A stretch of 64,000 bases of DNA from Mustelus asterias (taxonomy: Eukaryota): the NCBI RefSeq assembly GCF_964213995.1, contig NW_027590932.1, forward strand, positions 62,001-126,000, given 5' to 3'. This document shows, piece after piece, positions 36,177 through 49,437 of this stretch. The stretch's first letter is position 1; each line of letters begins with the position of its first letter. The position numbers and the translations under genes were made by a program. The notes under the pieces are model-generated. The model saw nothing but the letters and a program-made list of their open reading frames with translations. It was not told where the DNA came from and did no database searches.

Positions 36177-38798
36177 AGCATAGAAGCATAGAAAAACAGC
36201 TCAGAAACAGGCCTTTTGGCCCTTCTTGTCTGTGCCGAACCATTTTATGCCTAGTCCCACTGACCTGCACTTGGACCATATCCCTCCACACCCATCTCAT
36301 CCATGAACCCGTCCAAGTTTTTCTTAAATGTTAAAAGTGACCCCGCATTTACCACTTTATCCGGCAGCTCATTCCACACTCCCACCATTCTCTGCGTGAA
36401 GAAGCCCCCGCTAATATTCCCTTTAAACTTTTCTCCTTTCACCCTTCAACCATGCCCTCTGGTTTTTTTCTCCCCTAGCCTCAGCGGAAAAAGCCTGCTT
36501 GCATTCACTCTATCTATACCCATCAAAATCTTATACACCTCTATGAAATCTCCCCTCAATCTTCTACGCTCCAGGGAATAAAGTCCCAACCTATTCAATC
36601 TCTCTCTGTAACTCAGCTTCTCAAGTCCCGGCAACATTCTTGTGAACCTTCCCTGCACTCTTTCAATCGTATTTACATCCTTCCTGTAACTAGGTGACCA
36701 AAACTATACACAATACTCCAAATTCGGCCTCACCAATGCCTTATATAACCTTACCATAACACTCCAACTTTTATACTCGATACTCCGATTTATAAAGGCC
36801 AATGTACCAAAGGCACTCTTTACGACCCTATCCACCTGTGACGTCGCTTTTAGGGAATTCTGTACCTGTATTCCCAGATCCCTCTGTTCAACTGCACTCT
36901 TCAGAGTCCTACCATTTACCCTGTACGTTCTTCTTTGGTTTGTCCTTCCAAAGTGCAATATCTCACACTTGTCTGCGTTAAATTCCGTTTGCCATTTTCA
37001 GCCCATTTTTCTGGTTGGTCCAAATCCCTCTGCAAGCTTTGAAAACCTTCCTCACTGTCCACTACACCTCCAATCTTTGTATCATCAGCAAACTTGCTGA
37101 TCCAATTTACCACATTATCATCCAGATCATTGATATAGATGACAAACAACAATGGACCCAACACCGATCCGTGCGGCACACCACTAGTCACAGGCCTCCA
37201 CTCAGAGAAGCAATCCTCCACAACCACTCTCTGGCTTCTTCCATTGAGCCAGTGTCTTATCCAATTTACTACCTCCCCATGTATACCCAGCGACTGAACC
37301 TTCCTAACTAACCTCCGATGAGGGACCTTGTCAAAGGTCTTGCTGAAATCCAGGTAGACAACATCCACCGCCTTCCCTTCATCCACTTTCCTGGTAACCT
37401 CCTCGACAAACTCTAATAGATTGGTCAAACATGACCTACCACGCACAAAGCCATGTTGACTCTCCCTAATAAGTCCCTGTCTATCCAAATATTTGTAGAT
37501 CCTATCCCTTATCACACCTTCCAATAACTTGCCCACCACCGACGTCAAACTTACTGGCCGATAATTTCCGGGATTTCTTTTGGAACCTTTTTTAAACAAC
37601 GGAACAACATGAGCCATCCTCCAATCATCCGGCACCTCCCCCGTGAATACTGACATTTTAAATATGTCTGCCAGGGCCCCTGCAAGTTCAACACTAGCTT
37701 CCCTCAAGGTCCGTGGGAATACCCTGTCCGGTCCTGGGGATTTATCCACTCTGATTTGCCTCAAGACAGCAAGCACCTCCTCCCCTTTAATCTGTAATGG
37801 TTCCGTGTCCTCCCTACCAGTTTGACCTATTTCCGTGGACTCCATGCCCGTTTCCTCAGTAAATACGGATGCAAAAATCCCATTTAGTATCTCCCCTATC
37901 TCTTGTGGTTCCATACACAGTCTACCACTCTGGTCTTCAAGAGGACCAATTTTATCCCTCATTATCCTTTTGCTCCTAACATACCTATAGAAGCTCTTTG
38001 GATTTTCCTTCACTCTGTCTGCCAAAGCAACCTCATGTCTTCTTTTTGCCCTCCTGATTTCCCTCTTAAGTAGCTTCTTGCACTTTTTATACTCCTCGAG
38101 CATCTGATCTGTTCCTTGCTGACTGTACATTTCATACAACTCTCTCTTCCTCTTAATCAGTGTTACAATCTCCCTCGAGAACCAAGGTTCCTTATTCCTA
38201 TTTACTTTGCCTTTAATCCTGACAGGAACATACAAACTCTGCACTCTCAAAATTTCTCCTTTGAAGGCCTCCCACTTTCCATTTACATCCTTACCAGAGA
38301 ACAGCCTGTGCCAATCCACACTTCCCAGATCCCTTCTCATTTCATCAAATTTGGCCTTTTTCCAGTTCAGAACTTCAACCCGAGGACCAGGTCTATCCTT
38401 ATCCACGATCAGGTTGAAACTAATGGCATTATGATCACTGGATCCAAAGTGTTCCCTCACACTCACATCCATCACCTGCCCTAACTCATTTCCCAATAGG
38501 AGATCCAATATCGCATCCTCTCTAGTTGGCACCTCTATATACTGATGTAGAAAATTCTCCTGAACACATTTTACAAACTCTACCCCGTCTAAACCTTTAA
38601 CAGTATGCGAGTCCCAATCTATATGTGGAAAATTAAAATCTCCTACTATCACAACTTTGTGTTTCTTGCAGTTGTCTGCTATCTCTCCGCTGATTTGCTC
38701 CTCCAATTCTCGCTGACTATTGGGTGGTCTATAATACAAGACCATTGATGTGGTCATACCTTTCCTGTTTCTCAGCTCCACCCATAGGGCCTCTGTCG
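36177..38798 (-). mobile_element. Young CR1 LINE, partial endonuclease + RT (621-aa ORF, then frameshift)
   Basis: YYRPP, GDFN, LDL, SDH (APE endonuclease); KSPGPD, QHGF, FADD; (CTATGCTT)n tail. Confidence 0.97.
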
Positions 38799-38984
38799 AA
38801 GGAATGAGGTCCTCTCAATTCGTGTCTGCAAGCAGAGTCAGCCATTGAAAATGTTTTGATTTACTTGTGAGCCTGCTATGGCGTTAGAATGTGTTCAGGT
38901 TCTCAACCCAAAGCCCATATGAAGCAATCCCGCCGTGTACACGGAAAATAAATTTACAGAACCAGTACCTTGTCCAATTCAAAA

Positions 38985-39073
38985 CAGCAGAAATGGATTT
39001 GAACCCGGGACCTCTCGCAAGCTTGCGAATTTCAACACCCAAAGCGAGAATCATACCCCTAGACCAACGAGCC
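38985..39073 (-). pseudogene. tRNA-Pro(TGG) with 18-nt insertion at the canonical intron site; 3' acceptor strand lost
   Basis: GGCTCGTTGGTCTAGGGGTATGATTCTCGCTTTGGG-[TGTTGAAATTCGCAAGCT]-TGCGAGAGGTCCCGGGTTCAAATCC. Confidence 0.85.
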
Positions 39074-39459
39074 TTCGTTGCAAATATTTGCCAAATAATT
39101 ATATTTTCATTGTCATCCAAAATTGATCATACATCTGCAGTGAAAGTTGAAAATGCTGGAATCGCTCAGAAAGTCAGAGAGTGTGTGTGCACAGAGAAAC
39201 AAAGCTGATCTTTCACCTCTATACCCTTTAACTGACACTGGGGATGCTTAAAAATGTAGAACGTTTCGAGCAAATGAGATGCAGGAGGGAGGAAACATAA
39301 CATCCTGTCGGGTGGAAGTCAGGAGAGGTGAGATGAGGGAAACAAAGAAACACAAAGCGATTAACCACAGAATTAGGCCGTTCCGAAGTTCTTTCCAGGA
39401 CACACATGTGCTGTGGATAAAGGGGAACCGGTGAATGTAATGTACATAGATTACACTGG

Positions 39460-40071
39460 ATTGCTTGCCTTTATAGGACGGGGCATAGAGTTTAAAAGTT
39501 GGGGTCTGATGTTGCAGTTGTATAGAACGTTGGTTTGGCCGCATTTGGAATACTGCACCCAGTTCTGGTTGCCACACTACCGGAAGGACATAGAGGCTTC
39601 AGAGAGAGTGCAGAGGAGGTTTACCAGGATGCTGCCTGGTATGGAAGGGCTTAGTTATTCGGAGAGATTGGGTAAACTGGAGTTGTTCTCACTGGAAAGA
39701 CGGAGGATGAGGGGTGACCGAATAGAGGTGTATAAAGTTATGAAAGGCATAGTTAGGGTGAACGGTGGGAAGCTTTTTCACAGGTCGGTGGTGACGTTCA
39801 CGAGGGGTCATAGGTTCAAGGTGAGGGTGGGAGGTTTAACACGGATATCAGAAGGACGTATTTTACACAGAGGGAGGTGGGGGCCTGGAATGCGCTGCCG
39901 GGCAAGGTGGTGGAAGCGGACAAACTGGGAACGTTTAAGACTTATCTAGATAGCCACATGAACGGAGTGGGAATGGAGGGATACAAAAGAATGGTCTAGT
40001 TTGGACCAGAGAGCGGCGCGGGCTTGGAGGGCCGAAGGGCCTGTTCCTGTGCTGCATTGTTCTTTGTTCTT
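39460..40071 (+). mobile_element. CR1 3' fragment (same subfamily as 27245)
   Basis: LAFIGRGIEFKSW..LERRRMRGD; (TTCTTTG)n tail; empty site TACATTGGAGCCAC at ~59631. Confidence 0.93.
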
Positions 40072-40734
40072 TGGAGCCACATTGAGTTTTGCAAGTTCCA
40101 CTCAGTAATATGGAAACATAGGAATCAGGAGCTCAAAGAGGCAAATTCAGCCCTTCGAGCCTGCTCCGTCATTCAATCAGATCATGGCTGATCTCTCCCT
40201 GGTCTCAAGTCCACTTCCCCATTGTTTCCTTAAAAAGAGGTCAAGTCCACTTCCCCATCTGTTCCTCATTTCCCTTTAAACATTTTTTGAAAAAATCAGA
40301 AATATATCTATCTCCTTTTGAAACCATTCAATCTTTCAGAACCCACCGCGTTCTGGGGCAACGAATTCCAGACACTCGCCACTCTGCGAGAACACTCTCT
40401 GCGAGAAGTACGTCCTCCTCATTTCAGATTTAAATCCACCGCCTCTCAATCTATACCTGCGTCTTCTTGTTCTACATTGCCCCATTGAGGAATCATTTGG
40501 TCGACGTTTATTCCATTTGTTCCCTTTAGACTTTTGTACACCTCGATAACTTCAGCAACTTATGAGACTATTTCACCTCGCTGTCGACGTCATGTCCTGG
40601 CAAATACAGTAAGTGTTGTCATTCGCTGAAAGAACCAAGTGTGTCCCTCTAAACAGGATATTCTGAAGGAAATACTTGTCGCTGATGAAAATGATCTGAG
40701 ATGAAAATAATAAGCAGAGAGATGTATTTTAAAG

Positions 40735-41025
40735 TTTATTTAGTCGTGTTACAAGTAGGCTTGCATTAACATTTCAGTGAAGTTGCTGTGAAAATCTGCT
40801 GGTCGCCACACTTGGCTGCCTGTTTAGGTAATTAGCAGAAGAATTAGCATAGCCAATCCAACTACCGTGCGCATCTTTGCACTCTGGGAAGAAACCAGAG
40901 CATTCGCAGGAAACCCACACAGAAACACGAAGAACGTGCAGACTCCACACAGACAATGATCCAAGCCAAGTATCGAACGCTTGTCTTTCGCACTGTGAGG
41001 TAACAGTACCAAACACTACACCACC
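40735..41025 (-). mobile_element. HE1-like SINE, diverged
   Basis: GAAACCCACACAGAAACACGAAGAACGTGCAGACTCCACACAGAC core; absent from paralog near 60190. Confidence 0.8.
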
Positions 41026-41517
41026 GTCCCATAGGGTACGTCAGTTTAAAAATACAGTTCACCCGTTACCCTTGGAGTTAAGTGGTTTGTGTTCAGTACC
41101 CACCCCTCCCGCTCCCTCCCTGCTGTGTTAATTGCAGGTCAGAAAATGAAGATTTATTGCTCTCGTCCTCACCGTGAAAATAAATATCGGCTATTTCTTG
41201 GAAGAACAGAGAAATCTCAGTCTCGCTTCGTGTCCGTCCTTTTTGAAGTGAAGACCGTGATCAAATTCAACAGGAAGTTTTATTTTCATTTCGCAGGAGA
41301 TTGGGAAACAGGCGAGGTTCAGGTAGTTTAAATGGTGTCGACCCTTCACTGCAGCTCATTTTGTCTCAGACTGGAGATGGATTCTATTTGTTACACAGTT
41401 CAGGATTACCAGATTCAGCGAAGGAGCAGATTCAAGCCTTCTGATGGCCTTTCCCAGCTCCGTTGCTTCTAATGTATTTCAGTAACAATAACAGTAAATA
41501 ACACGCTTACCATGTTG

Positions 41518-41600
41518 TTTAGCGTGGCCGAGTGATCTACGGCGCTGGAAATAATACTCCAGTTTCTGCAAAAAAGTTTCTTCGAATCCCACAATTGACA
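41518..41600 (+). pseudogene. tRNA-Leu pseudogene
   Basis: TAGCGTGGCCGAGTGATCTACGGCGCTGGA..TCCAG..TTCGAATCCCAC. Confidence 0.75.
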
Positions 41601-42162
41601 GAATTGTTGTTTGCTTTGGCCCTTGCAGCTGAAGATAAACAGTTCAGACTGAATGTAGCAGTGTGGGCGGTGTCGTTCCTGGTAGGAAAAAAGAGGAGGA
41701 ACAGTGCCAATGAAACAGTTGTTGGGGGAAAGGAGAATGTGTGGAAGGAGTGCAGTTGCTCCTATAGGGGGAACAAACGGAAACACCGGCTGAATGACTG
41801 GCTGCCGATATAAGCAACAGTATTGCAAACAGTGAGACTGTATTCCCGGCCCAGGGGTTAAGTTCTGGATAAAAGCAAATTACTGCGGATGCTGGAATCT
41901 CTGAAAGTGAGTCATCTGGATTCGAAGCTACAGCTCTTTTCTCTCCTTACAGATGCTACCTGACCTGCTGAGGTTTTCCAACATTTTCTCATTTGGTTCC
42001 AGGGACAAATGTGACGAATTTAGATTTTCCAAGTGAAGTTCAAATCCTGTCCTGTACGCTTCCCATCATTCCTCATTGTGACTATGTTTTTAGGGAAAGT
42101 CATTTGAATTAAAGCAATGGGTACGAAGATGATCATCTCATTACCAATGTGTCACGTCAGCT

Positions 42163-42225
42163 TCCCTGAGAGCATAATGATCAGGATTCGGCGCAGTGGC
42201 CCCACGTTCAATTCCCAGTCATGGA
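42163..42225 (+). pseudogene. tRNA-Glu pseudogene lacking anticodon arm
   Basis: TCCCTG..AGGATTCGGCGC..GTTCAATTCCCAGTCA; paralog at 61853-61915. Confidence 0.55.
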
Positions 42226-42439
42226 GTCAATCATCTTTTGTTCAATTCTTCATTTACTGAAAACACGACTCACAGCGCCTGTGAAGGGAGAAACAAGGTT
42301 AATCTTCCAGCTGGATGAGTTTATATCAGAGCTGGGAAAATCAAACGTGTAACTTTGACAATAAACTCTGAAGAAGAGTCAGATGATACACACGACGCAC
42401 ATGTCAAATCTTGCCACTTTCAAGTTGCATATTTTAACT

Positions 42440-43635
42440 TCCTTCCCCTGTGATTGAGGGAAGTGCAGTTGATCTAGTTTGTTTTGTTCGAGCAAAGCAC
42501 TGAGAAGGTCCCACAGGGGAGGCTGATTGAGAATATAGAAGCACTTGGAATTCAGGAAACTGGGCGAGATGGATCCGAAAATGTCTTCATAATAGGACAC
42601 ATAGGGCAGTGGTAGAAGTCTGTTCGAATGAATGGAGGTTAGAGCAAAGTGGCCTACTATAGGTTTCAGTGCTGAGACGCTTTTTGTTTGTTACATGCAT
42701 AAATAATATAGCTGATAATTTGAGGGGAATTATAAGCAAGTTTGCAGCTGGTGCAAAGATTGTTGGCGTGGTTAATATTGAAGACGAAAACCCTATGTTC
42801 AAGGAAGGTCTCGATAGGTTGGTCAGATGGAACCAACAGTGGCAGATGGTGTATAAACGGGATAAGTGCGAGGTAATGCACTTTGGAAGAAATAATAACA
42901 CAGGTGACTATTTAATGAATCGCAGGACATTAGGAAGCTCAGAGGAACATGTGGATTAGGAATACTTATAAACGGATCCCTGAAGGTGGCAGAGCAGTTG
43001 AATAGGATAGCTACGACGGCATAAGGGACACTTGTTTTTATCAGTCGTGGCATAGAATATAAGGGCAAGGAGTTAACGTTGGAGTTGTACAGCGCGGTGG
43101 TTAGGCCAGAGCTGGAATACTGTGCGCAGTTCTGGCCAGCTCACTGTAGGAAGGATGTGATTATACGAATAGGGGAACAGAGCAGATTCACCAAGATTTT
43201 TCCTGGGACGGAACATTTGAGCGAAAAGGGGGAAGTGGATAGGGTTGGATTATTTTCCTTTGAACAGAGAAGGCTGAGGGATTGCGGGGGCTGATTGTGG
43301 CGTATATGTTTGAGGTTCATGGACAGGGTGAAGGGAAAGCAGCTCTTCCCCTTTGTTGAGATGTTAATCACGAGGGGGCATAGTTTTAAGCTAAGGGGCT
43401 AGAGATTCAGCAAGTATTTTTTTTTCACGAAGAGGTTGGGGGAATATGCAGTACAGCGCCTGGGAAGGTATTATTGGAGGCCGGAAAAGTTATAAACTTT
43501 AAAAAGTATCTGGATGAACACTTGAAAAATCATAGCATTCAAGGATATGGGACACGTGCTAGAAAATGGGATTAGCGCGATGTTCGTGGCAGTTATTGTT
43601 GTTGTACACTCGATGGGCCAAACCGTCTCTACTGC
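42440..43635 (+). mobile_element. Old decayed CR1 LINE
   Basis: ISKFA..KI, DKCEVMHFGRNN, VRPELEYCAQFW; tail GACTCTATGACT. Confidence 0.88.
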
Positions 43636-44944
43636 GCTGTACGACTCTATGACTAAGCACAGTTCACAGTGAGGAGAAATGCAACATGTCCTCTGTCAGT
43701 GACCAACGCCTCTGCTGATAATCCGACCTATCAAGGAAACAAAAGGCACAACCAAACTGAGGAGAAACTGTGATAATGCGGGGATTGCGGGAAGGGATTC
43801 AAGCAACATAAAGTAAGAGACAAATGAATGGGGAAAGAAGTGCGAATGAAAATAAGACAGATTAATATATCAAATGTTGAACTCAATTTTGATTTCTCCT
43901 GGCTTTAACGTGTCCCCTTTTCATTTGGTAATAAAGTATTACATTTCTCTTTCAGTTCAGATGAAAGGTCACCTGATCATCTGTTTCTCTCTTCACAGAG
44001 CCAAGTCTGATCTGCTGGGGACATGAGATTCACAGTTTTACATTCCAGTCTGGTGTGGATTGATAATGAGAAGCTCCTTTAATTGAGAAAAATAAATGCA
44101 TTTAGGATTCTGACTTGAAACAAAATAAGCTGCACCCGTGAGTGAGAGAAACATTTTCAGATTTGACGATGTCCGTCAAACCGAGTTTAAAGAGTTAGGA
44201 TGTTGTATTTGCATATTTTCAATCCACCACAACTATTCCTGCATCGAGGGAATTTTACACTATTGAAACCAATATACTGGTAGCCATTCCAATTTCGGTT
44301 CAGTTGCAAACCGACCTCCTTGCACAGGTCCTGCCGTCTCCCAGAACAGTTCCAGAGCTCTGGAAGTCTGAAGGCCTCACTTCTGCACCTATTCTCCAGA
44401 CGTGCACTCGTCTGAAGTAACCACCTATTTCTACACTCACTGGCACGTGGCACCGTGATTACGAACTTCTGTTTTTTATTTTTTATTTGATCTACTTCTT
44501 GACTCCCTGAACTCTGCTTGCAGGATTTCCTCGCTTGTTCTATTATTTAGTTGAAATCAATACTTACCACGGTTTCTGTAGCCATCTCCACCCCCTCCAC
44601 CCTCCCCCACCCCCTCCACCTTCAGAAAAAGTTGCAGCCGTTTACTGACATTCTGACCCTGGCACTAGTGAGGCAGCAAACCATCCCAGAAATGTTAAGT
44701 CTTTTCTCCAGAGAATTGAATCCCTCCCTCTATAGCAATGCCATTTTCCTCCTCACCTATTGTGCAGCAGACCCATGCATGTTGCCACGACGTTGACTTT
44801 CACTGCTTTCCCCGGCACATTCAGCCCCCCTCCCGCTCCACCGCGAAAGAATCAGTAGAGCAGTCCCCCCGCCCCCCTCCCCCACCTCCCTCCCCCCCCC
44901 CCCCCCCCTCCGCCGCGAAAGAAACAGTAGCCAAAACGTTAAAG

Positions 44945-45260
44945 CTGCCAGATGACCACAGGCCAGTCCTGAACTACCTTCCTTCCTCTACTCCGCCTCG
45001 TGGTCACCCATGGGCTTTCTGCCTTTTCAACCTTCACCTGCGGTTTGGTCACTTTCGGAACGTGTTATCGACGACTTGCTCAGCTATGGGGATGCCCCAC
45101 GTTGAATCTTCTCAGCCTCAGCTTCGAAATGTGGTTAGCCAGTTGCTACGTTTGGACACACTTCCTGAACACCTGGTCACCTAGTGACACCTGAAACTTG
45201 CACTGTTGCCATATCGAACATTCGTAGGTGCAAGCTCTCCTGCCATGACTACCCTTAAGC
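44945..45260 (-). mobile_element. Decayed CR1 ORF1-like fragment
   Basis: Minus frames give MAGELAP, RKCVQ, KPQVKVEKAESPWVTTRRSRGRKVVQDWPVVI, resembling shark CR1 ORF1 (recalled, not searched). Confidence 0.5.
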
Positions 45261-45308
45261 CCATCCCTCTAGCCCCCAACCGCTCCAGGCCCGCCTCCAC
45301 CACCCGCC

Positions 45309-45354
<46 letters not shown>

Positions 45355-45582
45355 AAGCCGCAACACCGCACCAATTGGCTGCCTGAACACGTCAGAAAAG
45401 TTAGCTGGCAATCGCAGTTTGCATGTTGTGTATGGGATTCATGGTCATGTGCTGGTAAATGCGGTAATAGGACGTATCAAATTGATTGAATGTGCATCGT
45501 ACATTTCCATACAGTATAGAATTTGGACGTAATATTCAGCACAAACAAGCCTTCTGATCCTCATTGTGATTGCCGGCCCCGA

Positions 45583-46032
45583 ACACTATCCGCCAACCTA
45601 TTACATTTGCTCATGATCCTTCAAACGAGTGAGTATTTCGGGCGATTATCACCGTTTTATTTCGTTGATGTTTTTTCGATTTTCCTCTAATATTTATTCC
45701 CCTCATTGGGGAGGCCTGGCTCCTCGAGTTTTGCTCTTGGACCCATGAATGCCCCGAGTCCATTTAATGGAAAATCAAACTGAACTATCTCAGTCAGAAC
45801 GGCCGGTCTGGGGGAGGGGTTTTGCTTCCCCGAGAAGGGCAGCCTTGGCTGATGAATGTACCCAGAAGAAAATTGCAATGTTAATCGTCTGGGGCCAGTG
45901 AGCTCAGGAAATAAATCTCTGAACATTCCCCCATTTTAATTTCACTCACGGAATGCAGTCCATCGCTAAATTTCAGTAGATTAGTGAATAAGAGCCCGCG
46001 TTATTATGTGTATATCTGTCTAAGTGTGTTTT

Positions 46033-46074
<42 letters not shown>

Positions 46075-46725
46075 GTGTCTGTCTGTGCATATGTTTTTGG
46101 CTGTGTGTCTGCGCGTGCCTGACTATGTGTGCATGTCTGTGTGTCTTTGTTTGTGTCCCTGCGTTTTGTGAGTTTCTGTGCGTGTCGGTGTGTAACTGCA
46201 CCTGTTTTTGTCTGTAGGAGGGAACCTATGTGGCGAAAGAGAGAATATCTTTTTGTGATTGTATGTGACAGAAAGAGAGGGAGAGATAATGTGTGTATTT
46301 TTGACTGTAAGAGTGTATGCGTTCGAGAGAGAGAAAAATTGTGCTCAAAACGTATTTCATTTTAAATCAAAAACACATCTAAGAGTTATGTTTGTCACAT
46401 TCTGTTATTTTTTCCAGCGCAGAGCCAGCTGGATAAACTTTTCCAAAAGCCCACAGTAGTTGCAGTGAGTGAAGGGAGTCCCCTGATGTTGTCCTGTCAC
46501 TACCCCACCACATACACAGCAGCTTACCTATATTGATACGTACAGTACTCGGGACAGGGCCATCAGTACATGCTGGTCAGACATACTGCTGGTAATGAAG
46601 AGAACGCGCCTACATTTGGAAAGCGGTTTTCTGCTGTACAGGATAAAATGAACACAAACATCCTTTTGAACATCACAGACACTCAGATTTCTGACTCAGC
46701 CGTGTATTACTGCGCGGCGATGAAG
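45583..46725 (+). pseudogene. TCR alpha/delta-type V segment pseudogene (V8) inside the tRNA cluster
   Basis: Putative 46-nt leader 45583-45628 (ACA for ATG, |gtgagt); V exon from 46418 DKLFQKP..LSCHYP..YLY*YVQYSG..DSAVYYCAA with Trp41 mutated to TGA (46534-46536). Confidence 0.9.
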
Positions 46726-46764
46726 CACCACGTTACATCGAGCCTTAACACTCGTACAAAAACT
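46726..46764 (+). promoter_or_regulatory. Degenerate 23-RSS of V8
   Basis: CACCACG + 23 nt + ACAAAAACT. Confidence 0.8.
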
Positions 46765-47798
46765 AACAGTTCCAGGTGATGTGTGACATTACACGCTCTT
46801 TCGGAGAATGTGCGCAGACGCGATGGGCCAATTGGCCACCATCTGCACTGCAGGGATCGCATGCATTCCATGGATCCCTAATTGTCCTGAAAGTAAATGG
46901 ATTGCTACTGGGTTGAGAGAGTAGTGAAGAGTCAATCTGGAGTCGCATGTCGGTCAGGTTAAGGAAAGATGGCGATGTCCTCGTCTGACGCCCTGAAGGA
47001 CATTGCTGAGTAAATTAATTTTCCAAGTCAAACGATGAAAATTCACGATCACCATTATTGGTGTTAATTTTCAATCACAGACTGTGTTAATTTAACGTTT
47101 ACCAGTTTCAAATGTTAGAATTGAATCAATTGGTATGGAAGATTAACGTGGCCCTCTGACTAATGTGCGGAGTGACATTGTCACATGCCCACTGTCTCCT
47201 CGATAAGGGAAGTTATTTTCGAGACATTGCAACAGTGACTGCATTGCGAAAGTACCAGATTGGCTGTCACATGCTTTAGGATAACTCGTGGTGCTCAAAT
47301 GTATTTGTTTCCAGTTTCCAATTCTCCAAAATTGATAAACTTTTAATGATTTATCTGAGGAATTTGCTGCAGATAATGAACACTATAAAGCGCTAAAAGT
47401 TTTTCTTCGTCTCGAAAGCTGACGTCACACGAAGTGTTGGTGTTTCATATGCCCTGTTAAAACATTTCCCCTTCTCTGTTCTGATTTTGATTCGTCTACT
47501 TTATGTTTCAATTGCTTCAAATGGAATTAGATAATCTGATCATCAGAATGAACTTAGGAGCGGAAATCTGTGGTCTCAGTAGCATTTGCAGTAGCTGAAT
47601 ATTTTTCCATGAATCATCTTCAGTAGAGAATTACACATCCTTACACCTGGTCACTGTTTCTATCAGGAGTTACATGTAGATGGGAAACTTCCGTTAGGAC
47701 CGGAAGTGCACATGTATCTGACTGAGGTAACTGGGACCGCAACTGCCAATCTCAGGTTATGGCAGCAGCGAGAAGCTCCACCTCCCGACCTCGCTTTA

Positions 47799-48645
47799 GA
47801 ACCATAGAACCATAGAAAATTACAGCTCAGAAACAGGCCTTTTGGCCCTTCTTGTCTGTGCCGAACCATTTTATGCCTAGTCCCACTGACCTGCACTTGG
47901 ACTATATCCCTCCACACCCCTCTCATCCATGAACCCGTCCAAGTTTTTCTTAAATGTTAAAAGTGACCCCGCATTTACCACTTTATCTGGCAGCTCATTC
48001 CACACTCCCACCACTCTCTGCGTGAAGAAGCCCCCCCCTAATATTCCCTTTAAACTTTTCTCCTTTCACCCTTAACCCATGCCCTCGGGTTTTTTTCTCC
48101 CCTCGCCTCAGCAGAAAAAGCCTGCTTGCATTCACTCTATCTATACCCATCAAAATCTTATACACCTCTATCAAATCTCCCCTCAATCTTCTACGCTCCA
48201 GGGAATAACGTCCCAACCTATTCAATCTCTCTCTGTAACTCAGCTTCTCAAGTCCCGGCAACATCCTTGTGAACCTTCTCTGCACTCTTTCAATCTTATT
48301 TACATCCTTCCTGTAACTAGGTGACCAAAACTGTACACAATACTCCAAATTCGGCCTCACCAATGCCTTATATAACCTTACCATAACACTCCAACTTTTA
48401 TACTCGATACTCCGATTTATAAAGGCCAATGTACCAAAGGCACTCTTTACGACCCTATCCATCTGTGACGTCACTTTTAGGGAATTCTGTACCTGTATTC
48501 CCAGATCCCTCTGTTCAACTGCACTCTTCAGAGTCCTACCATCCTACGTTCTTCTTTGGTTTGTCCTTCCAAAGTGCAATATCTCACACTTGTCTGCGTT
48601 AAATTCCATTTGCCATTTTTCAGCCCATTTTTCTAGTTGGTCCAA
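47799..48645 (-). mobile_element. Young CR1 3' fragment, near-identical to the 36177 element
   Basis: Shared VKSAFGTLAFINRSIEYKSWSVMVRLYKALVRPNLEYCV and 3'UTR; (CTATGGTT)n tail. Confidence 0.95.
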
Positions 48646-49391
48646 ATAATTTATAATAACGTTAGCGGTTAAACTGACAACGGTGCACTTTTTTTTCCTC
48701 AAGGAATCTTCATTCCCGTAAAGGTGACAGAGTGAGCATTTCATTCATTGGAAGACTGATTTTGCAAGTTATGTTCACAGCGAGGACGTAAGGCAAAAAA
48801 AAAACTCTGCTGGACAATTGCTAACTGAAAGTTTAGCAGAATTGTCCATAAGTCAAACTAGAAACTTATAAATCCCTTTGAATGTGTGTAATATTAATCC
48901 CGGATTCTAAAAATCCTGCATGAACTAAACATTGATGAAAGATCCGTTATTTATAATATATTCCCTGCAAGTTATCAATGTGTGTCATATTCTGTGTTCG
49001 CTATGACGTACATACGACGTCAGTGAACTTCAATATATTGCTGTTAAACAAAAGGAATTCGAGTTTTCAGCAGTGTCAGCGATTACTGTGCGTTCACACA
49101 CACTCAGTGTGTGAATTGCGGCATTGTGCATTGATGTCATTGAATGGTAAATGTTACTTCCTTCTGAATATCATTATCCCGTTTGAAATTTCAATCTTTG
49201 CAGTTTGTGCATTTGGATCAGTTACTGTCCGATTGTCAGGAGACTGGTGGCTGTACCCTACGCCAAACACAGAATGTCATGACATATGAGCGGGAACAGG
49301 AGACACCGAGCCTCAATACTGGTAGAACCAGCGGTGACATATTGTCAGTGTCTGCAGGTTTCTAAGTAAATAGGCGTAAAGACAAACAGCA

Positions 49392-49437
49392 ATGTGGTTA
49401 TTCGGTATCTGTGCAATGTTTGAAGCGTTTATTACAG
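49392..49437 (+). pseudogene. Orphan TCR V leader exon (V1/V3 family), V exon missing
   Basis: 46 nt, MWLFGICAMFEAFIT G|gtaatt, aligns with V1 leader MWLLSFRVMWGAFLA G. Confidence 0.75.

Larger units (their letters stand above)
33650..42430 (+). repeat. Segmental duplication block (Lys-Pro-Leu-Glu), direct paralog of ~57900-62140
   Basis: Collinear tRNA order and alignable flanks once copy-specific LINE/SINE insertions are removed. Confidence 0.85.

Noticed and set aside
44558-44590. ATACTTACC (U1 snRNA-like start); on minus ATG GCT ACA GAA ACC GTG|gtaagt (MATETV, SARNP-like start)
   Set aside because: No U1 body follows and no downstream exons are recognisable; the site lies among CR1 5'-like debris
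44738-45184. 148-aa proline-rich ORF
   Set aside because: Poly-C tract plus the antisense of a decayed CR1 ORF1-like fragment
47685-47710. Inverted pair of ETS-like sites (ACTTCCG..CCGGAAGT) and a CRE at 47420-47427
   Set aside because: Short motifs with no associated exon or CpG island; cannot be distinguished from chance or TE remnants
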